From the NCBI GenBank assembly GCA_029250225.1, contig JAQWUY010000031.1, positions 87,705 through 151,704 on the forward strand: a stretch of 64,000 bases of DNA. Direction: 5' to 3'. This document shows positions 1 to 9,944 of the stretch, one piece after another. Each line of letters starts with the position of its first letter. Positions within the stretch are counted from its first letter, which is position 1. The notes beneath the pieces are model-generated. The model ran no database searches. It was not told the origin of the DNA and saw nothing but the letters and a program-made list of their open reading frames with translations. Source of the stretch: Alphaproteobacteria bacterium. Its GTDB lineage: Bacteria > Pseudomonadota > Alphaproteobacteria > JAQWUY01. A program made the translations under genes and the position numbers.

Positions 1-815
1 ATAAATAAATGAACTTTTGCGTCAAAAATACTGGATAATTCTTGTCTAGCTAACTTACCTATTTGTTTAATTTTTTCCCCTTTTTTACCAAGTAAAATAG
101 AGCGGTGATTTTCTTTTTCAACAAATATCACTTGATTTAATTTTATATCGCCATTTTTAAAGTTTTCCCAACTTTCGGTCTCAACTGTCAAAGAATATGG
201 TAATTCTTCGTGAATATTAAGAAATATCTTTTCTCTTGTTATTTCTGCTGATAATAAAGTATTAGGTACATTAGATACATCTTCTGGATCGTATATATAT
301 TCACCATTAGGTATATTTTGTTTTAACCATTCTATAAAACTATCAACACCGCTATTTGTTGTTGCAGAAATCATAAATACATCAGTAAATATGCCGTGCT
401 CCCATAAATTTTCAGTAATTGTTAATAATTTTTCTTTTTCTATTGTATCAATCTTGTTTAATAATAATACACATTTTTTATTTTGTTTTTTAATAGTTTC
501 TATAATAATTTCGTTATCTTTGTGCTTATGCTTTGATATATCCATTAATAAACAAACTATATCAACATCATCAATACTTGACCAAGCTGATGAAACCATA
601 GCTCTATCAAGTCTCTTTTTAGGTTGAAATATACCAGGAGTATCTACAATAACAACTTGTGTGTCATCGAACATAGCAACCCCTGTTATTCTAGTTCTTG
701 TTGTTTGAACTTTATGAGTTACAATACTAACTTTTGCTCCTACTAATAGATTGGTTAGTGTTGATTTACCAGCATTTGGTGCTCCTATGATGGCAATTGA
801 ACCACAATTTGTCAT
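1..815 (-). CDS. era: GTPase Era, 3' end truncated by window edge
   Basis: The minus-strand ATG at 813-815 overlaps the rnc stop in an ATGA arrangement. The translation begins MTNCGSIAIIGAPNAGKSTLTNLLVG (G1 P-loop), continues with DTPG, and ends with a KH-like C-terminus. The rnc-era pairing is conserved. The track's antisense ORF 391..627 is spurious. Confidence 0.85.
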   Translation of the reverse strand, partial: MTNCGSIAIIGAPNAGKSTLTNLLVGAKVSIVTHKVQTTRTRITGVAMFDDTQVVIVDTPGIFQPKKRLDRAMVSSAWSSIDDVDIVCLLMDISKHKHKDNEIIIETIKKQNKKCVLLLNKIDTIEKEKLLTITENLWEHGIFTDVFMISATTNSGVDSFIEWLKQNIPNGEYIYDPEDVSNVPNTLLSAEITREKIFLNIHEELPYSLTVETESWENFKNGDIKLNQVIFVEKENHRSILLGKKGEKIKQIGKLARQELSSIFDAKVHLF

Positions 816-1468
816 ATAATTTTGTTTCCTTTCATAAAATTATAGGCAGATTTTTGAGAGGCTTCTTTCTTAGATTTACCTTTTCCACTTACTGGCTCAA
901 ATCCTTTGATTTTTACATTTATTGTAAATTCTGGCGTATGGTCATTTCCTGAAATTTTAATAGCTTCATAAACCGGTAAGCCATATTTATTTTTTTGAGC
1001 CCATTCTTGCAATCTTGTTTTATAATCTTTTAAATCGTCTTCGTTTGTTTCTAGTAATGGTAATATGTGTTTTTTCACAAATGGTTTTACCGCTTCAAAA
1101 CCGCCATCGCGGAATAAAGCACCAATACAAGCCTCGACAATATCCGATAATATCTTAACATTTGATTGCATCTTATCTTTATTATCGCTTACTTTAATAT
1201 ACTTTCCGAAATCACAACTTATTGCAATTTGTGCTAATGTTTCAGCCCTTACAATGGCTGTATGTCTTCTTGCTAGTTCACCTTCTTCGGCCATTGGGAA
1301 TTTATCAAGTAATATATCTGCAACCACTAGACCTATTACACGGTCACCTATAAATTCAAGTCTTTCGTAACTTTCTTTTAACGATGAACAGGAACGGTGA
1401 GTAAACGCACGGATTAGCAATTCCTTGCGTTTAAATTTATACATAAGGTTTTTTTCTATTTCTTGCAT
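812..1468 (-). CDS. rnc: Ribonuclease III
   Basis: The 218-aa product carries the RNase III signature ERLEFIGD and a C-terminal dsRBD (KNKYGLPVYE). It lies between lepB and era, as in many bacteria. Confidence 0.9.
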   Translation of the reverse strand: MQEIEKNLMYKFKRKELLIRAFTHRSCSSLKESYERLEFIGDRVIGLVVADILLDKFPMAEEGELARRHTAIVRAETLAQIAISCDFGKYIKVSDNKDKMQSNVKILSDIVEACIGALFRDGGFEAVKPFVKKHILPLLETNEDDLKDYKTRLQEWAQKNKYGLPVYEAIKISGNDHTPEFTINVKIKGFEPVSGKGKSKKEASQKSAYNFMKGNKII

Positions 1469-2202
1469 TAATTAATCTTTTTCATAAATCTTTCGCTTCT
1501 AATATTTGAAAACCATTTCCAAAATTCATAAGAATTAGCATTTTCCAAAGAAAATAAAATATGTTTTGCCTTGCCGATTAAAGCATCAAATGGAACAAAA
1601 GCAACATCAGAAAAACGACTATCACTAGATTGATCTCGGTTATCACCTAACATAAAATAATGATTTTCAGGCACAGTATACGAACCTGTATTATCGGAAA
1701 ATGAGCTATCGCCACCAACTTCCCATATTTTATATGATTTGCCACTTGGTAGAGTTTCTAAGTATGTTTCTACTTTATAATCTTTATAATCACTATCCGC
1801 TAATCTTTTTCTTGGTAGTATTTTATCATTTATGTAAACTCTGCCATTTTCGATTTTTATCTCATCACCTGGTAAGCCTATTACTCGTTTGATATAATCT
1901 TGATCTTTGTCAATAACTCTAAAAACAACTATATCACCCCTTTTTGGATTATCTGACAAAACTCTTCCGAAATCAGGCAACCAATATCCTCCAAATGGAA
2001 AACTATAACGACTAAACCCATAAGTATATTTTGTTACATAAAAATAATCACCAACCATAAGATTTGGATACATAGAAGCGCTAGGAATTGTAAAAGGTTG
2101 TACTAGTAAAGACCTTATAGCCATAGCTATTAGTAATGCTTCTAAAATAGTTCTAATGTCTGATAATATACTTTTTTTATTCATTAGATTATTCCTTTTC
2201 AA
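1468..2202 (-). CDS. lepB: Signal peptidase I
   Basis: The 244-aa product has an N-terminal TM segment, an SMxP-type catalytic Ser region (IPSASMYPNL) and a GDNRDQSSDSR box. The lepB-rnc-era operon order is conserved. Confidence 0.9.
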   Translation of the reverse strand: MKRNNLMNKKSILSDIRTILEALLIAMAIRSLLVQPFTIPSASMYPNLMVGDYFYVTKYTYGFSRYSFPFGGYWLPDFGRVLSDNPKRGDIVVFRVIDKDQDYIKRVIGLPGDEIKIENGRVYINDKILPRKRLADSDYKDYKVETYLETLPSGKSYKIWEVGGDSSFSDNTGSYTVPENHYFMLGDNRDQSSDSRFSDVAFVPFDALIGKAKHILFSLENANSYEFWKWFSNIRSERFMKKIN

Positions 2203-2584
2203 TTATTACTACAGCAGAAACTAATCCAGCATCGTGAGTTATTGAAACAAAGATACGATAATTTTTACCGTCTGACAATAAGTTTAATTTATTCAATGCT
2301 CCATTTTTTAAGATTACAAAAGGCTTGCCATTTAAATCGCGCTTTAAAGATATACTTGATAGAGTGATATCATTGCTTATACCTGTTCCCATTGCTTTTG
2401 CTGTTGCTTCTTTTACAGCCCAAGCAGAGGCAATTGATGCATAATAATTTTTACCCTTTTTAGCTTTTGCATATGATATTTCATTGTTTGTGAAATATTT
2501 ATTTAAAAATTTATCACCAAATTTTTTTACACTATTTTCAATTCGCTTGATTGTAACAATATCATTACCTATTCCAATAATCAT
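2189..2584 (-). CDS. acpS: Holo-[acyl-carrier-protein] synthase
   Basis: The 131-aa product starts MIIGIGNDIVTIKRIE, the typical AcpS N-terminus, and has the right size. Confidence 0.85.
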   Translation of the reverse strand: MIIGIGNDIVTIKRIENSVKKFGDKFLNKYFTNNEISYAKAKKGKNYYASIASAWAVKEATAKAMGTGISNDITLSSISLKRDLNGKPFVILKNGALNKLNLLSDGKNYRIFVSITHDAGLVSAVVIIEKE

Positions 2585-2585
2585 A

Positions 2586-3200
2586 TTAATTTTTCTTTTT
2601 TCTGAATTTTCTTTTTTCTTTGTAATTTTTAACTAATATATAAATAGAAATAAAGAATGTAAACCAAACAATCGCAACCCAAGGCAATGAACCAATTATA
2701 AATATATAAAGTACATTAAATAAATCACTCCACATTTTTAAATAATCACTAACTGTATTAATGGCGGTGGAATAATCACTTAAAAACAATAAGTGCCAAC
2801 TATTAATTTCAGAAATCTTTTCAAGTGCAAAATTAAATAATTCACCAATATTATGAGCAGATGTATCTACGCCAACCATAAGTGAGCCGGTCGAATATAC
2901 TAAGGCCCAAATAAAAGGAAATGTTAAAGGATTACCAATAAATGTTCCTATTGCAGAGGCAATAATAGAACCTCGCAGTAGATATGCCATAATACCAGAT
3001 AAAATAAAATGTAAACCCAAAAAAGGAGTAAATGAAATTCCTGCTCCACAAGCAAATCCACAAGCAATTTTATATGGACTAGAATTCATTCTGCCTAATC
3101 TGTGACCTGTGTATTTCATTGATCTGTTAACACCAATGCGAGGATATATAAAATCCGATAATTTACGCCAAAAATTTTTTTCTTTTTTTCTTTTAAACAT
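2586..3200 (-). CDS. DUF2062-family inner-membrane protein
   Basis: The 204-aa product has a basic N-terminus and about 4 TM helices, and resembles the DUF2062 family. This identification is from recollection and was not searched. Confidence 0.55.
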   Translation of the reverse strand: MFKRKKEKNFWRKLSDFIYPRIGVNRSMKYTGHRLGRMNSSPYKIACGFACGAGISFTPFLGLHFILSGIMAYLLRGSIIASAIGTFIGNPLTFPFIWALVYSTGSLMVGVDTSAHNIGELFNFALEKISEINSWHLLFLSDYSTAINTVSDYLKMWSDLFNVLYIFIIGSLPWVAIVWFTFFISIYILVKNYKEKRKFRKKKN

Positions 3201-3201
3201 T

Positions 3202-5376
3202 TTAAACCCTAGAAACTGAATAGATATTTTTAATAATCCTAATAGATGTTATTAATTCTGTCAATTTTTCCAATTTTTTTACTTCTACATCGATATCAAC
3301 ATCCCAGAACTCTTCTGTTCTAGTTAAAACTTTTAAATCAACAATATTAATCCCTAAATTATTAATGGTGTTAGTAATTTCATTTAATGAACCAGTTGTG
3401 TTTGAAAATATTACATTAATTCTAGCCGTGAATTTTATATCATTTTTTTTGTCATCATCTATTTTTTGGTAGTCTTTCCAATAAACATCAATACTTTTTG
3501 CTTGTATATCTTCTTCTTTTTTAAGCTCTTGGCAGTTAATGTTATGAATACTAATACCTTGCCCTGTATATACGATTCCAACTATTTTATCACCAGGTAT
3601 AGCGTGACAACATTTAGGGAAACGAACATTCATACCATCTATTAAGCCACCTATCATACTAGCTTTCCCTTTTAATTCAGGAACAGAACTCTTTTTATTT
3701 ACTTGAATTTTATTAGTTTGCTTTTTATTTTTTAATTCTGGATATATAAAATGTAAGCTTTCTTTTAAGCTAATATTATTTTCGGCTAATTGAATATAAT
3801 AAGAATTTAAATCTTTACAATTATATTTTTTATATAAAGATTCTAAGTGCTCATCATTTAATTTTACACCCTCAGAATTAAATTCATTAAAAATCATATT
3901 TTTACCGGTTTCAATGTATTCATTGCTTTTTTTATTGCGAATGAAAGAACGGATTGCTGAACGAGCTTTCCCAGAAACCGCAAAAGACTTCCAAGATTCT
4001 TTTGGCTCAGCATTACTTTGTGTAATAATTTCAATTTGATCGCCGTTATTTAACTCTGTTCTAATTGGCATTACCTTACCATTAATTCTAGCCCCTACTG
4101 CTTTATCACCAACCCTTGAATGAACTGCATATGCAAAGTCAATAGTAGTTGCTCCCTTAGGTAAATTGTAGATATCGCCTTTTGGAGAAAAAACAAATAC
4201 ATTTTTTGAATACATTTCAATTTTTGTTTCTTTTAAAAATTCATCGAATTCACCAGAATTTTCAATTATTTCTAATAATTCTCTTAACCAACGATAACTT
4301 TTTCCCTCTTTACCTATATCAATTTTTTTATCAGATTTATAATTCCAGTGTGCCGCAACACCCATTTCAGAAAAATCATGCATTTCTTTTGTACGAATTT
4401 GTATTTCAATCCTTTGACCTAATGGCCCGATAATTCCGGTGTGTAATGATTGATAGTTATTATTTTTAGGAACCGAGATATAATCTTTAAACCTGCCGGG
4501 GATTGTTTTATATTTTGCGTGAACTAGACCAAGAACACGATAACAATCTTCGATATTTTCAAGAACTATACGAAAAGCAATTATATCTGATAATTGTTCA
4601 AAACCAACATGCTTATTTTTCATTTTTCGCCAAATTGAACTAGCGCTTTTCTTTCGCCCTTCAACTTTACAATCTATGCCGGCATCTGTAATTAGTTGCG
4701 ATAATTCAGAAATAATATTTTCAACGGCACTGTCACCATAATTTTTATAAATATCATTTAATCTTTTAGTGATTGAGGAATGTGCATCTGGATTTAAAAT
4801 GGAAAAGCATATATCTTCCATTTGTTCTTGCCAATCACGAATACCAATCCTAGCAACAAGTGGAATATAAATTTCCATAGTTTCCGTTGCTATGCGCATT
4901 CTTTTTTCATATTTTTCTATGTATTTAAGGGTTTTTATATTATGTAATCTATCTGATAATTTTACTAATAATACACGGATATCATCGCTCATTGCTAATA
5001 AAAGCTTACGGAAATTTTCACCTTGTTTTGTAATTTCTGTGCTATTTTCCAAAGCTTCAAGCTTTGTAACACCTGCAACTAAATTTGCAACATCAGTCCC
5101 AAATTGTTTTTCTATATCTTCTATTGTTACGCTTGTGTCTTCGACTGTGTCGTGTAATAATGCCGTTATAATGGTGTCTAAATCCATTTTTTTATCAGCA
5201 AGATTTTTTGCAACAGCGATACAATGAGAATAGTAAGGTTTACCACTATTTCTAGATTGGCCTTGATGTGCTTTCTCGCCCAATTTAAAGGCACGATACA
5301 AAACATCACTATCAAAGTTATTATTGTACGATTTTATTGTATTTTCGAGGGTTTTATATTCTTCTTCAAAATTCAA
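3202..5376 (-). CDS. rsh: Bifunctional (p)ppGpp synthetase/hydrolase (RelA/SpoT homologue)
   Basis: The 724-aa product has an HD hydrolase motif (HDTVEDT), a synthetase domain, TGS and ACT-like C-terminal regions. rpoZ lies immediately upstream, matching the conserved rpoZ-spoT arrangement. Confidence 0.9.
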   Translation of the reverse strand: MNFEEEYKTLENTIKSYNNNFDSDVLYRAFKLGEKAHQGQSRNSGKPYYSHCIAVAKNLADKKMDLDTIITALLHDTVEDTSVTIEDIEKQFGTDVANLVAGVTKLEALENSTEITKQGENFRKLLLAMSDDIRVLLVKLSDRLHNIKTLKYIEKYEKRMRIATETMEIYIPLVARIGIRDWQEQMEDICFSILNPDAHSSITKRLNDIYKNYGDSAVENIISELSQLITDAGIDCKVEGRKKSASSIWRKMKNKHVGFEQLSDIIAFRIVLENIEDCYRVLGLVHAKYKTIPGRFKDYISVPKNNNYQSLHTGIIGPLGQRIEIQIRTKEMHDFSEMGVAAHWNYKSDKKIDIGKEGKSYRWLRELLEIIENSGEFDEFLKETKIEMYSKNVFVFSPKGDIYNLPKGATTIDFAYAVHSRVGDKAVGARINGKVMPIRTELNNGDQIEIITQSNAEPKESWKSFAVSGKARSAIRSFIRNKKSNEYIETGKNMIFNEFNSEGVKLNDEHLESLYKKYNCKDLNSYYIQLAENNISLKESLHFIYPELKNKKQTNKIQVNKKSSVPELKGKASMIGGLIDGMNVRFPKCCHAIPGDKIVGIVYTGQGISIHNINCQELKKEEDIQAKSIDVYWKDYQKIDDDKKNDIKFTARINVIFSNTTGSLNEITNTINNLGINIVDLKVLTRTEEFWDVDIDVEVKKLEKLTELITSIRIIKNIYSVSRV

Positions 5377-5397
5377 ACGAATTACCCCTTTTTTGAA

Positions 5398-5847
5398 CTA
5401 GTCTACTAATTCAGCTTCAGCAACATCTTCAAAACCAGCAGAAGCCTCAGTTACATCATTACTATCAGCAATGATATTAGAAATTTCTTTATAATCATTA
5501 TCATCAGAAGTTAATTCATTATCATCAGGTACTTCATTTAAAACTGTTGCAGTTTCAACTTCATCAGGTGCATCAACAGTTTTAACTTCTTGATAAGATC
5601 GAATTAAAGCCTCGTTTAAATCGTTAGGAGCAATTTTACCATCTGCAATTTCACGCAATGCTATTACTGTATTTTTGTCGTTATTTCGTTCCACAAGCTC
5701 AGGTGCACCACCTGAAATTTGTCTAGCACGATGTGCAACCATTAATACTAAGTCAAAACGGTTGTCTACTTTTTTATCACAATCTTCAACAGTAACGCGA
5801 GCCATAACTAAATCCTTTTTATAATTAATTATAGTTAATATTATCAA
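5398..5847 (-). CDS. rpoZ: DNA-directed RNA polymerase subunit omega with acidic C-terminal extension
   Basis: The N-terminus ARVTVEDC...[12 protein letters not shown] is the omega core. The protein sits upstream of rsh. The C-terminal 60 aa are D/E-rich. Confidence 0.8.
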   Translation of the reverse strand: MIILTIINYKKDLVMARVTVEDCDKKVDNRFDLVLMVAHRARQISGGAPELVERNNDKNTVIALREIADGKIAPNDLNEALIRSYQEVKTVDAPDEVETATVLNEVPDDNELTSDDNDYKEISNIIADSNDVTEASAGFEDVAEAELVD

Positions 5848-5892
5848 CTAATATATAGTAAGTCAATATAACTAACACATTTTTAAAATAAA

Positions 5893-6387
5893 TCAATGAT
5901 TAAAATTTTTAAATGTTCTTTGTTTGTTAATTTTCCATTCACGATCTTTTATACTATCTCGTTTATCAACATTTCTTTTGCCTCGGCCAATGCCTAGCAA
6001 CAACTTAACTAACCCCTTTTGATTGAAATACAATTTTAACGGGATTGCACTAAGGCCATCTTTTGAAATTTTAGATATTATTTTGTTAATTTCACGACGA
6101 TGTAAAAGTAATTTTCTTGGACGATTTTCTTTGTGAACTGATATTTTAGCATTATTTTTATATTCACTAATATGTAAATTAACTATTTCAAGTTCATTGT
6201 TTTCAGTAAATTGAGCGTGAGCATCGTCTAGTTTAACGCTACTTGTTCTTAATGACTTAACCTCACTACCTGAAAGGCATATGCCAGCTTCATAGGTTTC
6301 AATTATTTCATAATCGAATTTTGCTCTACGGTTATTAGCTATAATCTTTTCATTATCATTTTTATCATTAGATTTTTTTTTAGTCAT
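5893..6387 (-). CDS. smpB: SsrA-binding protein
   Basis: The 164-aa product carries the SmpB fold signature KIIANNRRAKFDYEI...GSEVKSL and ends in a basic tail. Confidence 0.9.
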   Translation of the reverse strand: MTKKKSNDKNDNEKIIANNRRAKFDYEIIETYEAGICLSGSEVKSLRTSSVKLDDAHAQFTENNELEIVNLHISEYKNNAKISVHKENRPRKLLLHRREINKIISKISKDGLSAIPLKLYFNQKGLVKLLLGIGRGKRNVDKRDSIKDREWKINKQRTFKNFNH

Positions 6388-6402
6388 AGTAACAAATTAT
6401 TC

Positions 6403-7293
6403 TTATATTAATTTAAGGTCACTTAGTATTTTATCAATTTTACTTTTTGTTTCATCAGATAATTGAACTAGCGGTAAGCGAACTTGCGGTGAATTTATAA
6501 TACCTAGCTTAAACATAGCATATTTTGCAGGTGATGGATTTGGTTCAGCAAACAATATATCGTGCAAAGGCATTAACTTTTGTTGTAATTGTTCAAATTC
6601 TTTCATCTGATTATTTAATGCATAATTATGTAATTCAGCCATTTGTTTTGGTATAACATTCGATGTTACAGATATTGTGCCAATAGAACCATTTGCATAA
6701 AAATCTGAATATAAACCATCATCGCCACACAAACTTATAAAATCATCATTTACAGCCTGTGATAATTCTTTGGTGAATTGTGGATCTCCGGTAGCATCTT
6801 TGACACCAATAAAAGCATCTGGTAAATCTTTTGTTAATCTAGCTATTGTTTCAACTTCCATTTTTACAACTGAACGCCCCGGTATATTGTAAATTATAAT
6901 AGGAATATCAACTTCTTGTGCTATTTCTTTAAAGTGTTGATACATACCTTCTTGATTTGGTTTGTTATAATAAGGCACTACAATTAAAGCTGCATCAACA
7001 CCTGCGTGTTTAGCATAAGTCGTAAGTTCAATAGCTTCACGAGTACTATTTGAGCCAGTTCCAGCAATAATTGGTAATTTACCTGATGCAAGGCTTATGG
7101 CCATATCAATTACTTGTTTATGTTCTGAATGTGAAAGTGTCGGACTTTCCCCAGTTGTTCCCATAGGTACAAGGCCGTGTGTTCCACTCTTGATATGCAT
7201 ATCTATCATTTTTTCAAAACTATTTTTGTCAAATTCACGATTGTCTAGCATTGGGGTTATTAACGCAGGTATTGAACCTTGTATTTTTACCAT
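6403..7293 (-). CDS. dapA: 4-hydroxy-tetrahydrodipicolinate synthase
   Basis: The 296-aa product has a DapA-like N-terminus (GSIPALITPM) and a GTTGE motif. Confidence 0.9.
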   Translation of the reverse strand: MVKIQGSIPALITPMLDNREFDKNSFEKMIDMHIKSGTHGLVPMGTTGESPTLSHSEHKQVIDMAISLASGKLPIIAGTGSNSTREAIELTTYAKHAGVDAALIVVPYYNKPNQEGMYQHFKEIAQEVDIPIIIYNIPGRSVVKMEVETIARLTKDLPDAFIGVKDATGDPQFTKELSQAVNDDFISLCGDDGLYSDFYANGSIGTISVTSNVIPKQMAELHNYALNNQMKEFEQLQQKLMPLHDILFAEPNPSPAKYAMFKLGIINSPQVRLPLVQLSDETKSKIDKILSDLKLI

Positions 7294-7447
7294 TAGAATT
7301 ACCTTTTCTTATTGTTGCTTTTAATAATTCATTATATTATAATCCTATATATTAAAAAAAACAAGCATTATAGGCTAAGAATTACAATAATAATTTAAGT
7401 TATTATTGATAAAATTACAAAATGACCAAGGCATAAACAATAAAGAT

Positions 7448-8449
7448 ATGAAACACTGTAAGAACAAAATTAAAAAAAACAAAACTGGTATTTTAATTGT
7501 AAATCTTGGAACTCCTGATTCACCGACAACGAAAGGAATTAAGGTTTACTTGAAGGAATTTTTGTCAGATGAAAGAGTAATTGAAACAAACAAATTTATT
7601 TGGCAAATAATCCTTAGGTTATTTATATTACCTTTTCGTTCGCCAAAGGTAGCAAAATCATATGCTAGCATCTGGGATAGAGATAAAAATGAAAGCCCTT
7701 TACTTGTTAATACCCGTAATCAAGCTGAAAAAATGCAAGCAAAATTGGGAATACCAACATATTTTGCTATGAGGTATGGTAATCCATCAATTGATAGTGT
7801 TATGCAAAAAATGAACGACGATGGAATTAAAGAAATACTTGTAATCCCATTATATCCACAATATTCATCAGCAACAACAGCAACAGTAGTTGATAAGGTT
7901 AATGAATGCCTTGGAAAAATGCGTCGCCAACCAACTATTCGCTATGCAAGGCCTTATTTTCAAAATAAAAAATATATAGAAGCATTAAATAATTCTATTA
8001 ATAATCACTTGCAAGATATTGATTTTAAACCAGAAAAAATAATATTAAGTTATCACGGCATACCTCGTCGATATCATAAAAAAGGTGATCCATATCCTTG
8101 TCATTGTAAAAAAACATCTAGACTACTTACACAGATATCACCACTTAACAAAGATATTTTTATAACAACTTTTCAGTCGATTTTTGGCAAACAAGAATGG
8201 GTAAAGCCATATACAAATGCAACATTAATTAAACTTGGGAAATCAGGTGTTAAAAATATATCAATAATAGCCCCTGCTTTTGCTAGTGATTGCCTTGAAA
8301 CCCTTGAAGAGATATGCGAAGAGTTAAAGGACGATTTTATAAATGCTGGGGGTGAAAATTTTTCTTATATACCTTGTCTTAATGATAGCGATGAAAGTAT
8401 CGATATGTTGTGTGATATTGCAAAAAATGAATTAAAAGGCTGGATATAA
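7448..8449 (+). CDS. hemH: Ferrochelatase
   Basis: The track ORF starts at a TTG at 7406. The first ATG, at 7448, gives MKHCKNKIKKNKTGILIVNLGTPDSP, the conserved ferrochelatase N-terminus. The product has the expected length and motifs (LYPQYS). Confidence 0.85.
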   Translation: MKHCKNKIKKNKTGILIVNLGTPDSPTTKGIKVYLKEFLSDERVIETNKFIWQIILRLFILPFRSPKVAKSYASIWDRDKNESPLLVNTRNQAEKMQAKLGIPTYFAMRYGNPSIDSVMQKMNDDGIKEILVIPLYPQYSSATTATVVDKVNECLGKMRRQPTIRYARPYFQNKKYIEALNNSINNHLQDIDFKPEKIILSYHGIPRRYHKKGDPYPCHCKKTSRLLTQISPLNKDIFITTFQSIFGKQEWVKPYTNATLIKLGKSGVKNISIIAPAFASDCLETLEEICEELKDDFINAGGENFSYIPCLNDSDESIDMLCDIAKNELKGWI

Positions 8450-8452
8450 AAA

Positions 8453-8477
8453 AGGAGTATTAGTTAATAATACTCCT
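8453..8477 (-). terminator. Hairpin (AGGAGTATTA-loop-TAATACTCCT) followed by a U-run on the minus strand
   Basis: A perfect 10-bp inverted repeat with a 5-nt loop. AAAAA at 8448-8452 supplies the U-tract for the minus-strand transcript of the 66-aa ORF. Confidence 0.45.
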
Positions 8478-8501
8478 GACTAATATTTAGTTAGTTTAAT
8501 T

Positions 8502-8702
8502 TTATTTATCTGATTTAACTTTATTATAAATACTCTTAGTAACTATATATAATGCAATAAAGCCTATTGCAGTCATTGCGATATGATCAATTTCCGTGAA
8601 AAAATGACCAGATAACAAGTCAGAAGATGTATGTAATTCACCTGAATGAGAAAAAGCAAAGCTAGGAATTGCAAGAGTTAGTAAAGATAGTAGTTTTTTC
8701 AT
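8502..8702 (-). CDS. Small hypothetical exported/membrane protein (66 aa)
   Basis: The ORF has an SD-like AAGGA about 8 nt upstream of its ATG. The product has a signal-peptide-like N-terminus, a His-rich segment (HSGELH..SGHFF..DH) and one TM helix. A hairpin terminator lies downstream at 8453-8477. No recognised family. Confidence 0.4.
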   Translation of the reverse strand: MKKLLSLLTLAIPSFAFSHSGELHTSSDLLSGHFFTEIDHIAMTAIGFIALYIVTKSIYNKVKSDK

Positions 8703-8798
8703 GTTTTTTCCTTTATTTTGTTTGTATTTTGCTTAACTAATAATTAAACTCAAATTTATACTAAATCAACATAATAAAAGAAGTAAAGATAAAAAATA

Positions 8799-9863
8799 AT
8801 GAAATACAATAAAATTCATAACACAAACTTAAAAGCGTCACTTTTATCATTAGGAACGATGACTTTTGGTGCACAAAATAATTTCCAAGAATCATCACAG
8901 ATGCTAGATATGGCCGTAGACAATGGTATAAACTTTATTGATACAGCTGAATTGTATCCATCACCAGCAGATGAGCATCATAATGCACACCATACAGAAA
9001 TGTTTATTGGTAAGTGGATAAAAACCAAAAAAATAAATCGTGATAATTTAGTTATTGTAAGTAAAGTTATGGGGCCAATGTCACAACTTATTGAACTAGA
9101 TAATCCTGCAAGGGTTTGTATTAATCCGTTAAGCGGAGAAACTATAAAATCTAGTGTTGATAAAATATTATCAAGATTAAATACAAATTACATAGATATT
9201 TTATTAGTGCATTGGCCTTTACGAAATTCTAATTTCTTTGGAAAATTAGGATATATTCATCAACAAGAAGATTTCGATGTTAATAAGCATATACAATCAA
9301 CTATTGAAACAATGAACGAATTAATAGAATCAGGAAAAATTAGGCATTACGGTGTATCAAATGAAACAGCTTGGGGCTTGATGAAATATATTCAAATTGC
9401 AGATAAAGAAAATTTACCTCGTCCTGTTGTATGTCAAAATCCTTATTCATTGTTAAATCGTTCGTATGAAGTTGGAATGGCTGAAATATCAATTCGCGAA
9501 AAAATCGGATTAATGGCTTATTCTGTAATAGGTGGTGGAATTTTAACAGGTAAACATATTAATGGTTTTGTAAAAAATTCACGCTATGATTTACGCCCCG
9601 ATTATTATAGTAGATACACCAACAAGGAAAGCCTTGATGCAACTAATGAATATGTAAGCCTAGCAAAAAAATACAACATCTGCCCTACTCAAATGGCTAT
9701 TAGTTTTGTAAATAAACAGCAATTCATATTATCAACGATTACAGGTTCGACAAAAACTAAACATTTGCAATCTTATATCGATAGTTTAAGTGCTGATTTA
9801 CCCAATGAATTACTAACTGAAATAGAGCAAATACATAGAAAATTCACCTATCCAGCTCCATAA
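8799..9863 (+). CDS. Aldo/keto reductase family NADP-dependent oxidoreductase (Tas-like)
   Basis: The 354-aa product has an AKR N-terminus (LGTMTFG, GINFIDTAELYP). It lies just upstream of tRNA-Glu. Confidence 0.8.
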   Translation: MKYNKIHNTNLKASLLSLGTMTFGAQNNFQESSQMLDMAVDNGINFIDTAELYPSPADEHHNAHHTEMFIGKWIKTKKINRDNLVIVSKVMGPMSQLIELDNPARVCINPLSGETIKSSVDKILSRLNTNYIDILLVHWPLRNSNFFGKLGYIHQQEDFDVNKHIQSTIETMNELIESGKIRHYGVSNETAWGLMKYIQIADKENLPRPVVCQNPYSLLNRSYEVGMAEISIREKIGLMAYSVIGGGILTGKHINGFVKNSRYDLRPDYYSRYTNKESLDATNEYVSLAKKYNICPTQMAISFVNKQQFILSTITGSTKTKHLQSYIDSLSADLPNELLTEIEQIHRKFTYPAP

Positions 9864-9885
9864 TAAAAAAAAATAAAAAAAGTAG

Positions 9886-9914
9886 TTGACTATAAGGCCG
9901 TAAAATAATATATA
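9886..9914 (+). promoter_or_regulatory. Sigma70-like promoter for tRNA-Glu (TTGACT-N17-TATATA)
   Basis: TTGACT at 9886-9891, a 17-nt spacer, then TATATA at 9909-9914. This lies about 30 nt upstream of the mature tRNA 5' end. Confidence 0.4.
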
Positions 9915-9944
9915 TGCGTAGTGTTCAGGCACCAACCGCATTAT

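Noticed and set aside
391-627. 78-aa plus-strand ORF at the window start
   Set aside because: It lies antisense inside the conserved era coding region and has low-complexity hydrophobic composition. It is spurious.
1065-1370. Many 60-190-aa antisense or alternative-frame ORFs inside conserved genes, for example 1065-1370, 4182-4433, 4892-5227, 11426-11773, 13561-13761, 18502-18768, 25333-25587, 34595-35080, 38828-39376, 45054-45626, 47903-48223, 49572-49850 and 53303-54796
   Set aside because: All of them overlap well-supported housekeeping genes on the opposite strand or in another frame. They have Ser/Leu/Phe-rich compositions typical of AT-rich antisense translation, and no RBS or homology.
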